Shown: piece after piece, positions 47,192 through 55,078 of the stretch | Layout: each line of letters begins with the position of its first letter | Numbering within the stretch: the first letter of the stretch is position 1 | IMG/VR virus record: IMGVR_UViG_3300027908_000028 | Span: 1-59,940 of that record | Origin: a virus | Lineage: Duplodnaviria; Caudoviricetes | Length of the DNA: 59,940 nucleotides | Direction: 5' to 3' (one strand) | Translations under genes and position numbers: made by a program | The notes under the pieces: generated by a model | The model's database searches: none | What the model saw: only the letters and a program-made list of their open reading frames with translations | Told to the model about the DNA's origin: nothing

Positions 47192-47932
47192 TTAGTTGCA
47201 GCAGAGGAGCTGATTGCTCCCGTACGATTGGCAAAGGACCGACACCGGCCACGGCCTGAAGGTCACTCCGCCATCCTCGGCAATCGTGTAGGGCGTCCCG
47301 TTCCAGGTGTTGCATGCCGCTGAGACGCCCCACTTGCTGGGGAGGTAGGCATCGCCGCACGCATCGGTTTGCGGCACGGTCGAGAGACACGCATCACCAC
47401 ACTGATTCGGGATGCCGCTCCCACCGCATGCGGATGTCGCACCGAACGCGCTCGCACATCCATTCAACGTCTTGCCCTGGCTGCAGTCGACGGGGAGCCC
47501 ACCACACGTCACGCCGGGGAGCACACCGCAATTCGCACCACCACGCGCAGGGTTGGCGTCCGCGCATGCTGCTTGGATGCAGGCGCCGTTGGGATCGATT
47601 GCAGTCCCCGAGTCCGGGGCTTCCGAGTCCGGGGCTTGTGCTTCATCCGTGCCGCCATCATCGGCGGGACCGGGGCAGATAACCATACCGTTGATCACCA
47701 CTCGACCCGCGTCCGCACACGATCCGAAGGTCATCCCGTAGCACTCCGGGCCGATGCAGAGCCCTGCCTCGCTGTTGGCCTGCCCAGCGTCTTTCTCGTC
47801 CTGCCCCGCCTCTTGCCCCATCTCAGGGGTACCCCCCTCAGAAGGGCTCGTAGGCGCTCCGGGGACAGAGGTAAACGGCGACCCGCATCCAATCGCGGCC
47901 AAACAGACGAAAACGCTCAGGATCTTCAACAC
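47192..47932 (-). CDS. Cys-rich lipoprotein of myxobacterial style
   Basis: lipobox-like AIGC, DAG/EAG/DSG linkers, NCG...G..CGG..VDC and CGGSG.PNQCG motifs. Confidence 0.75.
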   Translation of the reverse strand: MLKILSVFVCLAAIGCGSPFTSVPGAPTSPSEGGTPEMGQEAGQDEKDAGQANSEAGLCIGPECYGMTFGSCADAGRVVINGMVICPGPADDGGTDEAQAPDSEAPDSGTAIDPNGACIQAACADANPARGGANCGVLPGVTCGGLPVDCSQGKTLNGCASAFGATSACGGSGIPNQCGDACLSTVPQTDACGDAYLPSKWGVSAACNTWNGTPYTIAEDGGVTFRPWPVSVLCQSYGSNQLLCCN

Positions 47933-48043
47933 GACGCACCGTCCTTCCAACTCAGAACCTAATCACTGGGACAAGGCTCGCAAGCCCTCAAGAACTGGTA
48001 TGCCGTCGGAAGCCCTGTTAGCCTCGTTTTTCGAGGTGCATAC

Positions 48044-48508
48044 ATGAAACGACTGTTCATTCTCGCCCTGTTTCTCTTGCCAGCGTACGTCATCCTGACA
48101 CCTGCGCTGGTCTTCGCTCAGGTGATCGTTTCGCCCACGGCACCGCCATCGATTACAGAGGCCTTCGTCGTCGTCACGATCGTCGGCTTCGTCGTTGGCT
48201 TCTTGGCGCAAGGTCTGAAGACCGGAAACCTCTTCGGGATCCTCTTCGTTCCGCAGAAGTGGGCGCCCTATCTCGGAGTCGTGCTGACTTTTCTGACGGG
48301 TGCCGAGCAAGGGCTCAGTGCTTCGACCACGCTGACCGGAGCTGTTTGGCTGAACGTTGTCTTCCTCGGATTCCAAGCGCTCATGACGCAAGGCGGAGCC
48401 GCTGCACTCCACACGCACACGAAGAAAGCGGACGAGGATTCGGGACCACCTTCTTCGGATGCTGCAAAGGCTCCTCCGCTTCCGCGCCCAATCAATCCAG
48501 CGAGTTAG
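48044..48508 (+). CDS. multi-TM membrane protein (holin-like candidate)
   Basis: GAGGT SD; signal/TM plus about three hydrophobic helices; TGn-TAGCCT upstream. Confidence 0.6.
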   Translation: MKRLFILALFLLPAYVILTPALVFAQVIVSPTAPPSITEAFVVVTIVGFVVGFLAQGLKTGNLFGILFVPQKWAPYLGVVLTFLTGAEQGLSASTTLTGAVWLNVVFLGFQALMTQGGAAALHTHTKKADEDSGPPSSDAAKAPPLPRPINPAS

Positions 48509-48701
48509 CGTTTCTCAGCTTCACGACTTCGAACGCGACCGAATCGAGTAGCCGGAGGACTTCGTTCAAGCGAGCGACTTCCTCCGGCATCAGGTCTTTC
48601 ACCGGAGTTTCGTCGAGAATTGCACGAGCTTTTTGAGTGAATGACCGTGCTTGCCCGAGGGCATTGGAAGCACGGTTGGCACAACTTCTCTGAGCACGCA
48701 T
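48492..48701 (-). CDS. small hypothetical protein
   Basis: ATG 48701 lies 7 nt after a minus-strand GGCATCAC. Confidence 0.5.
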   Translation of the reverse strand: MRAQRSCANRASNALGQARSFTQKARAILDETPVKDLMPEEVARLNEVLRLLDSVAFEVVKLRNANSLD

Positions 48702-48726
48702 GCCCGGAGTGATGCCGTACCCTCGC

Positions 48727-48748
48727 GACCGAAAGTTGACTTTCGGTC
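48727..48748. repeat. 22-bp palindrome copy 8 (1 mismatch)
   Basis: GACCGAAAGTTGACTTTCGGTC (reverse complement of copy 5). Confidence 0.95.
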
Positions 48749-48799
48749 GTCTTTCAAAGTATCCCTTCACGCGCGCGCGTCACTCGCAGGTGCGCAACC

Positions 48800-49010
48800 G
48801 ACTATGAATGATCACTTAGATCTCATTAGTACTGATCTGTGATCACAGAGAGATCAGTACTGGGACTTCTCTTCGAGAAGTCCTTACGCTTCGCTACGCT
48901 CGCGTGAGACGGATCGAGATCCAAACACTGCGTGAGCGATCCGAGGGAGAAGAGATCCGAGAAGTAAGATCCGGAAATAAGAGATCCAGAAAAAATAAGT
49001 GATTCAAAAG
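48800..49010. other. candidate replication origin
   Basis: non-coding, AT-richer, 11 GATC, two inverted repeats, A-rich AGATCC repeats, upstream of replication genes. Confidence 0.5.
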
Positions 49011-49039
49011 ATGGGTCGGCGTCTCGAAAGGAAACTGCC

Positions 49040-49348
49040 ATGGGCATCAAGACAGGAGAGCTGTTCGAGAGTGACGGGATCAGTCACCGCGCGTGGATGG
49101 TGCGATGCCCGGCATGCGATGCGCCCCACTCGTTCGACAAGCGATGGACGTTCGTGAACGGCAATCACGAGGCGCCCACGTTCACCGCGTCGATGCTCGT
49201 GAAGTTCTACGAGGGCGACCCCAAAGATCCGGCGAGCAATCGCGTGTGCCATTCGTACCTGACTGACGGCGTCTGGAACTACCTGAGCGATTGCACGCAC
49301 GCGATGAAGGGACAGAAGATTCCCGCACCGGACTGGATCGCCCCCTGA
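49040..49348 (+). CDS. DUF6527-like small Zn-binding protein
   Basis: CPAC..PH, W.F.NGN...PTF..S, CHSYLTDG..NYLSDCTH...GQ. Confidence 0.7.
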   Translation: MGIKTGELFESDGISHRAWMVRCPACDAPHSFDKRWTFVNGNHEAPTFTASMLVKFYEGDPKDPASNRVCHSYLTDGVWNYLSDCTHAMKGQKIPAPDWIAP

Positions 49349-49399
49349 AACGAATTGGCGTGTTGTGGATCGAAGACGGCATTACGGTCTCTGTCCCGA

Positions 49400-52036
49400 A
49401 TGGATTCCGTTCACATCCGCATCGACAACAGGGTCCGCGTCGACACGACGGGACTCGAAGACGTCGTCACCAATGCGCTGAAGGAATCGTTCGACCATTC
49501 CAACCCCGAGTTTCACAAGCGCCAGCACATGGGCTTCGCGACGTGGAACATCCCGCGCGAGATCCGGACCTGGAACGAAAGCAACTCCTGGAATACCAAG
49601 GCGCTCGACTTCCCCCGCGGCGGAGCTGCCCGAGTGCGCGAGGTACTCGATCGCTACGGACTCGATCGCGTGTACGAAGACGCTCGCTGTCTCGGCGCAT
49701 CACTCACGAACGAGATCCCCGATCACAAGGTCGAACTCTGGGACCATCAGAAAGAACTCGTCGACGCCGCGGTCAAGCTCGAGAACTGCATTCTGAAAGC
49801 GCCGACCGGATCGGGAAAAACGACAGTCGCCTTCGCCATCGCTGCCCGCTTGAAGCTTCCGACGCTGGTCATCGTCTCGACGGCGGCACTCTTCAAGCAA
49901 TGGGTCACTCGAGCAGAAAAAGAACTCGGGATCCGAAAGCGCGATCTTGGAATCATCCGCGCGGGCAAGCGCAAGCTCGGAGTACTCACGATTGCGATGC
50001 AGCGCTCTCTCGCCGTCGGAGGGATCGACGGCGATCTCGCGAGGTACTTTGGGTGCGTCATCGCGGACGAATGTTTCGAGTCACACACCCCAGTGTTGAT
50101 GGCGGATGGGACGCACAAGCACATCGAGGACATCGTGGAGGGGGACGAGGTTGCCTTGGGTGGACGGGTGCTTGGCGTGGGGAGTCGCTGGTATGAGGGA
50201 AAGTTGTCGACGTGCGGAGGTAGTCTCGTGACACCCGAGCATCCTGTCTGGACGGAAAGGGGGTGGGTGCCGACAAAGTCTGTTTGCAGCGAAGACAATC
50301 TCAGGCACGATCCGTTGCATGAAGTGCGACGTTTGCAACAAACCTCTTCCAGGACAAAACCGGCGGGGGAGATGTCGTTCCCATGGGATGGGAACGTTCG
50401 ACAAGCAGACGGACGAGTGTCTGTTATGCGGGAGGCAGGTTCCGGCGAAGAAGCGCGGGTATCACGCCTCGACGAAGTGCGAAACTCGGGGGCCTTGGAA
50501 CAAAGGCAAGACGTCCGAGGACTCGCTTTCGGTTCGAGTGGGCGCCGAGAAGCGCAAGGGGCAAGTGCGCACTACGGTAAGCAGGATGTTCCGTCAGCTT
50601 TGGCGCGATCCGAAGAAGCGCGAGCAGTGGACCAAGAGCATGTCTGTAGGGCAGCGCAAACGATTCGAGAAGGACGAGGAACGAAAGGCGTCAAGGGAGC
50701 GTACGTTGGGGCTCATCAAAGAGGGGAAGATGAAGGCGTACGGGGGCAGGACACATGGCAAAGGCGCGATCCCCACTTCCTCGGAGCTGGCACTGTGGAG
50801 GGCGCTGCGCCCACTGGGCTTCAAAAGAGAACTGGTCGTGAGGACCGGGCAGCGGACGCCGACTTACTACGCATTGGACTTCGCGCACGAGGAGACGAAG
50901 TTGGCGTTGGAGATCGACGGGAGCAGTCACCAGCCGAAGGCGAGGAGGGAATCCGACGCGCGGAAGGATGCATTTCTCAAGACGCGTGGGTGGACAGTAA
51001 AGCGCTTCCGGGAGACGTCCGACTCGAGAGACATCGTGGCTTGGTGCGAGCGTTGGATGGTGTCGTTGGCTCGCTGAGGGTTCACAACCTTCAGACTGAA
51101 CGAGGGGTGTACGTGGCAGCCGGGGTGCTCGTACATAACTGTCAGCTCTTCGCAGCCAAGACGTTCATCGAGACCATTGATCCGTTTCCGGCCAAGTACC
51201 GAATCGGGATCTCTGCCGATCACCGCCGCAAGGATCGAAAGGAGTTTCTGATCCATGATCTCTTCGGCAGTGTGGCCGCGGAGGTGAAGCGCCGCGATCT
51301 CATCGACGTGGGCGTCATCGTCGACACGCTCATTCGCGTCGTGCCGACCAACTTCGAGGCGCCTTGGTACGGCAAGCCCGACGACGAACATCCAGCGACC
51401 TTCGAGCAACTTCTGGATGACCGAAAGTCGACTTTCGATCCGTCTGAGATCGCCAAAGAGCTGGACTGGGACAGGTTGCTCGAAGAGATGGCCAACGATG
51501 AAGACAGGCAGCGTCTTGCCGCGTGGTGCGTGAAGGACGGACTACGCGAAGACTCTCAGGTGCTCGTGATGAGTCATCGTCGCGATCACTGTCGCGCGCT
51601 CGATCAAGAGTTCGTGCGCATGGGCCTGACGACAGGCTTTCTCATCGGTGGTGCGGACTACCAACGCGAGTTCGACGCGGTGCGTACACGGTTCGAAAAA
51701 GAAGATCTTCAAGTTGCCATTGGTACATTTCAGGCAATCGGATACGGTATCGACTTACCCAAGGCGTCCGTTGTCGTATGCGTCACCCCCATCGCGTCCA
51801 ATCAGTTTTTCTTCAATCAGGTGCGGGGACGCGTGTGCCGCAAGGCCAAAGGCAAGACGGGCAGCACCATGTTCTACCTCTGGGACGAGAAGCTCTACGG
51901 GGACAAGCATCTCCGGAATCTTCTCCGATGGAATGGTCACGTGGTCGTGTGGGTCGGCGGCAAGTGGATCGGGGCGAAGGAATATCTGCGCGACAAGCGC
52001 GACAAGGCGAAAGCCACTGAAGGGACCGAAACATGA
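49400..52036 (+). CDS. SF2 (DExH/ResIII-like) helicase containing an intein
   Basis: Q motif LWDHQ, Walker A APTGSGKT, Walker B IADE|CQ split by the intein, GISA, GIDLP, QVRGRVCR. Confidence 0.9.
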   Translation: MDSVHIRIDNRVRVDTTGLEDVVTNALKESFDHSNPEFHKRQHMGFATWNIPREIRTWNESNSWNTKALDFPRGGAARVREVLDRYGLDRVYEDARCLGASLTNEIPDHKVELWDHQKELVDAAVKLENCILKAPTGSGKTTVAFAIAARLKLPTLVIVSTAALFKQWVTRAEKELGIRKRDLGIIRAGKRKLGVLTIAMQRSLAVGGIDGDLARYFGCVIADECFESHTPVLMADGTHKHIEDIVEGDEVALGGRVLGVGSRWYEGKLSTCGGSLVTPEHPVWTERGWVPTKSVCSEDNLRHDPLHEVRRLQQTSSRTKPAGEMSFPWDGNVRQADGRVSVMREAGSGEEARVSRLDEVRNSGALEQRQDVRGLAFGSSGRREAQGASAHYGKQDVPSALARSEEARAVDQEHVCRAAQTIREGRGTKGVKGAYVGAHQRGEDEGVRGQDTWQRRDPHFLGAGTVEGAAPTGLQKRTGREDRAADADLLRIGLRARGDEVGVGDRREQSPAEGEEGIRRAEGCISQDAWVDSKALPGDVRLERHRGLVRALDGVVGSLRVHNLQTERGVYVAAGVLVHNCQLFAAKTFIETIDPFPAKYRIGISADHRRKDRKEFLIHDLFGSVAAEVKRRDLIDVGVIVDTLIRVVPTNFEAPWYGKPDDEHPATFEQLLDDRKSTFDPSEIAKELDWDRLLEEMANDEDRQRLAAWCVKDGLREDSQVLVMSHRRDHCRALDQEFVRMGLTTGFLIGGADYQREFDAVRTRFEKEDLQVAIGTFQAIGYGIDLPKASVVVCVTPIASNQFFFNQVRGRVCRKAKGKTGSTMFYLWDEKLYGDKHLRNLLRWNGHVVVWVGGKWIGAKEYLRDKRDKAKATEGTET
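50072..51139 (+). mobile_element. intein (356 aa) in the helicase Walker B motif
   Basis: block A CFESHTPVLMADG, block B VTPEHPVWT, blocks F/G VHNLQT..GVYVAAGVLVHN, +1 Cys. Confidence 0.92.
50319..51077 (+). CDS. DUF559/Vsr-like PD-(D/E)xK endonuclease nested out of frame in the intein
   Basis: CDVC and CLLC Zn-finger-like pairs, PWNKGKT, TSSE..LW..L, LDFA....KLALEIDGSSH, DARKDAFL...GWTVKRF. Confidence 0.85.
   Translation: MKCDVCNKPLPGQNRRGRCRSHGMGTFDKQTDECLLCGRQVPAKKRGYHASTKCETRGPWNKGKTSEDSLSVRVGAEKRKGQVRTTVSRMFRQLWRDPKKREQWTKSMSVGQRKRFEKDEERKASRERTLGLIKEGKMKAYGGRTHGKGAIPTSSELALWRALRPLGFKRELVVRTGQRTPTYYALDFAHEETKLALEIDGSSHQPKARRESDARKDAFLKTRGWTVKRFRETSDSRDIVAWCERWMVSLAR
51419..51440. repeat. 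22-bp palindrome copy 9 (1 mismatch), inside helicase CDS
   Basis: GACCGAAAGTCGACTTTCGATC read as DRKSTFD. Confidence 0.95.
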
Positions 52037-52818
52037 GAAAGCGAAGCGACGTTCAAGCAGCGGCAGATCCGAGACAGACAGCCATTCCAGGGACCGAAAC
52101 TCCCAAAGCCGTGCCTGATCCCCCGCCGAGCAGTCCTCGCCCGAAGTCTTCGACCTCGTCCGCGCCCGACCACGTCACGGTCGACAACGGGATCGTTTTC
52201 ATCAAGTGCATCGATTGTGGTCTCAATCAGTCTGCGGCAACCGGCAAGCTCGTCGAGATGCCCAATGGCAAGAAGCTTCTGCACTGCGTTCGGTGCAATG
52301 GCCTTCTCGATCCGGACGAGGAGCTGACTCCGGAGTTTCTCGAGAAGCTCAAGGCGCAGTCGGGCAAAGCCGCTACCCCGGCTCCCGCACAACCGCCTCC
52401 CAAGGCAGCCGCTCCGGCTCCGAAGCCTACTCCCGCGCAGAGCGCCCCGAATACGAGTGGTCCCAAGTGCGTCAAGTGCGGAGTCACAATGACGCAGACT
52501 TCGAGTGGTCTCTTCGCTCCGTGCGGACACCCGCAGACGACCACGGCACCGAGCGCGACTCCTGTCACGGGTGCCGAGGGAGAGACCGTGACTGCGTGCT
52601 ACGGCGAGGAGAAGTTCTCTCCGCGGCAGTATCAGAGTTTCGGGATCGGGCCGTTCTTCCGGACGACTCGTCTTCAGCCCGGTGAGAACGCTTCCCAAGC
52701 GCTCGCACGCGCCAGCTCCGAGCTTCGCACCTTCGCTCAGATCGAGTTCGAGCAGAAGGCGAAGGACTTCCTGTCCAAGCTAGAGTGGCTCGATGCGAAG
52801 CTTGGGGGTGGCAAGTGA
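52033..52818 (+). CDS. Zn-ribbon, Pro-rich replication-region protein
   Basis: CIDC, CVRC, CVKC pairs; ATGA coupling. Confidence 0.7.
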   Translation: MRKRSDVQAAADPRQTAIPGTETPKAVPDPPPSSPRPKSSTSSAPDHVTVDNGIVFIKCIDCGLNQSAATGKLVEMPNGKKLLHCVRCNGLLDPDEELTPEFLEKLKAQSGKAATPAPAQPPPKAAAPAPKPTPAQSAPNTSGPKCVKCGVTMTQTSSGLFAPCGHPQTTTAPSATPVTGAEGETVTACYGEEKFSPRQYQSFGIGPFFRTTRLQPGENASQALARASSELRTFAQIEFEQKAKDFLSKLEWLDAKLGGGK

Positions 52819-53327
52819 GCACCGTTCCGGAATCGCTATTCGACGTCGATCCCCCCGAAGGCAAGGATCGTGAGTTGGCGGACAAGATGGTCCGCACCTT
52901 CCTGGGATCGAAGATGGAACCCAAGAAGACGGCCAAGACGATCAGTGACTCGGTGTGGAACAAGCTCCTTCGCGAGGTCGATGTTTGGATGCGCACGGGC
53001 GATTGGCGCAACGCGGGTCCGCGTCATCTCGTCGCTCTCTACGAGATGCTTCACACACGCATCTACGAGGTGAAGCCCGTGGAGCTGGGACCGACGACGC
53101 GTCTGCATGCAACAGGTGCCGCCGCGCGTCTGCTCGATCGGGAGTTCGACGGCAACATCTCCGAGATGGTCGATTTCATGCGCTGGACGTGGATGCGGGA
53201 AGAGGATCGCGAGAAGTGGCGCCGCGCGAACAATCGCGACGGGGGCCACATCGGTTGGAAGTACCAGTTCTGCGGAACTATCTTGACGGAGTACCGTCTC
53301 GCCAACGTGCGCAAGGCCGCGCGGTGA
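52815..53327 (+). CDS. hypothetical replication protein (possible initiator or loader)
   Basis: helical Trp-rich protein just upstream of the DnaB-like gene; function from position only. Confidence 0.55.
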   Translation: MSTVPESLFDVDPPEGKDRELADKMVRTFLGSKMEPKKTAKTISDSVWNKLLREVDVWMRTGDWRNAGPRHLVALYEMLHTRIYEVKPVELGPTTRLHATGAAARLLDREFDGNISEMVDFMRWTWMREEDREKWRRANNRDGGHIGWKYQFCGTILTEYRLANVRKAAR

Positions 53328-53527
53328 GACGCTGGGATCGTGTTCGGATGGGGCGGGGAGACCCGCTCGATCCGACGATCTACGAATGCTTCGATCCCCC
53401 GTGGTGGCGCCTCGATCGTTGGATCTGGTGGCTACTCACTTCGCGTCGGACGACTCCCAAGGGACTCATCACGATCGAGGGTCGAAGCATCCGAGCAAAA
53501 GCAGTCGGTAGACCCACCCGCGCTTAG
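53324..53527 (+). CDS. small Trp-rich hypothetical protein
   Basis: GTGA coupling; fills the gap before the helicase. Confidence 0.4.
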   Translation: MRRWDRVRMGRGDPLDPTIYECFDPPWWRLDRWIWWLLTSRRTTPKGLITIEGRSIRAKAVGRPTRA

Positions 53528-53545
53528 TTCGAAAAGGTTCTCATC

Positions 53546-55078
53546 ATGCGACGGCGCAGCGATGTATCGGGAGACGTGTTGCCTAAAGCGACGAGTGAAC
53601 TCGTCGTCAAAGTCGACCTAGTCAATGAGCAAGTTATCATCACCGCGACCATTGTCTCGCTTTGCAGTGACGATTCGGGTCCGGCGTATCGGCTTCTCGA
53701 CAGACTCCCGCCCGAGGTCTTTACTGACGATCGCGCGGCGATCTGGGCTGCACTTCGAGCGATGCGCCAGAGGCGGCTTGCCTACGATCCAGCGACACTC
53801 CAGTCCATTGCGGGTGACAAGGTTCGCATCTCCCTCCTCGCGGAGTGGGTGACGGCGCGTCCCGAGTTCCCCGAGAACATCGAGCATCATGTTGATTCTC
53901 TCCTCTGGGACCGCAAGCGCTCGCAAGCGGTCAAGGGTCCACTCGCATCGCTTCTCGAGGCAATCAAGAACCCACTCGAGACACCCGAGCGAGTCAATGC
54001 GCTCGCACGCGGCATCGTCGATGCCCTTTCAGGACACGAGCGACAATACATCTACGATCCTGCCGCGATCGTCGCTGAGCAGATGGCTGAGATCCGCAAG
54101 CGACTCGAGGGGCAAGCGGTCTACCCCTTCGGGCTCGATGGCCTCGACTACTACGAAGCGGACATCCAAGCGCACCGCCCACGGCGGATGATCCCCGGCA
54201 CGGCTCCAGGCCACGTCACGGTCATCACGGCTGTTCCCGGTGCGGGAAAGAGCACTCTCGCCGCACGTATCGCGCTCGGACTCGGAGTCACCAATCACCG
54301 CCGGGTTGCGTATGGCGCGTGGGAGGTCAAGGGTCCGATGACCCTTGAGATCATGGCATGCATGTCGCTCGGGTGGAGTCGTACCGATCTGCTCGATCCT
54401 CAGGGAGCACTGAAGAAGGGCAAGCCGCTCACTCCCGAGCTTCTCGTGCAGCTCGAGGAGAAGATGCACGAGATCGCTCGATGGGTGACGTTCATCAAGA
54501 ACCCTTTCCGGCGACGTGCCTCCGAGCGCAAGAGCGCCAAGAGCAATGAGGCGAATCTCGATCTCGTTCAGTCACTCGTTTCGGAGTCCGGGTGCGAGGT
54601 CTTCATCGCTGATCTCTGGGCACGGTGTCTCGCGTCGCGCGATCCCGGCGACGAAGAAGAGGCGCTCTTTCGGCAACAGGCGATGCTCGAAGAGATGGGC
54701 GTCCACGGGATCCTCGTGCATCAGCAACGGCACAAGGACATTGAGCTACGAAACGACAAGCGGCCTACGCGCGAAGGGCTCAAAGGATCGGGCGCGTATC
54801 TCGAGACGGCCGACAACTTGATCGGCGTCCACCGTCCGGCACAATGGCGGAAGGTCGAAGACGACAAGATGGAGCTTTTCATCCTGAAACAACGATCGGG
54901 CGAAGAGCGCATTGGCATCGAGTTCGATTGGAATCCTGAGACCGGAGAGATCAGGGGTGGACGATCCATCGATTATGATCCGATGGGCGATGCGTCGGCT
55001 CGATTGGGTGACTCGTTCACGCGCCCGAATACGACGTCGGACATCTCTTCAGAGAAACGGTCGAAACGTGGTCGCTGA
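53546..55078 (+). CDS. dnaB: DnaB-like replicative helicase
   Basis: N-terminal DnaB-like domain (E..II, L.PEVF), Walker A AVPGAGKS, FIADL, HQ, RPTREGLKGSGAYLETAD, KQRSG. Confidence 0.85.
   Translation: MRRRSDVSGDVLPKATSELVVKVDLVNEQVIITATIVSLCSDDSGPAYRLLDRLPPEVFTDDRAAIWAALRAMRQRRLAYDPATLQSIAGDKVRISLLAEWVTARPEFPENIEHHVDSLLWDRKRSQAVKGPLASLLEAIKNPLETPERVNALARGIVDALSGHERQYIYDPAAIVAEQMAEIRKRLEGQAVYPFGLDGLDYYEADIQAHRPRRMIPGTAPGHVTVITAVPGAGKSTLAARIALGLGVTNHRRVAYGAWEVKGPMTLEIMACMSLGWSRTDLLDPQGALKKGKPLTPELLVQLEEKMHEIARWVTFIKNPFRRRASERKSAKSNEANLDLVQSLVSESGCEVFIADLWARCLASRDPGDEEEALFRQQAMLEEMGVHGILVHQQRHKDIELRNDKRPTREGLKGSGAYLETADNLIGVHRPAQWRKVEDDKMELFILKQRSGEERIGIEFDWNPETGEIRGGRSIDYDPMGDASARLGDSFTRPNTTSDISSEKRSKRGR

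Noticed and set aside
52021-52100. Direct repeat AGGGACCGAAAC x2 and other half-sites (TGATCGAAAG at 7673, TGATCGAAA at 21307)
   Set aside because: Only 8-9 bp match to the palindrome half-site; could be chance or coding (GTET twice)
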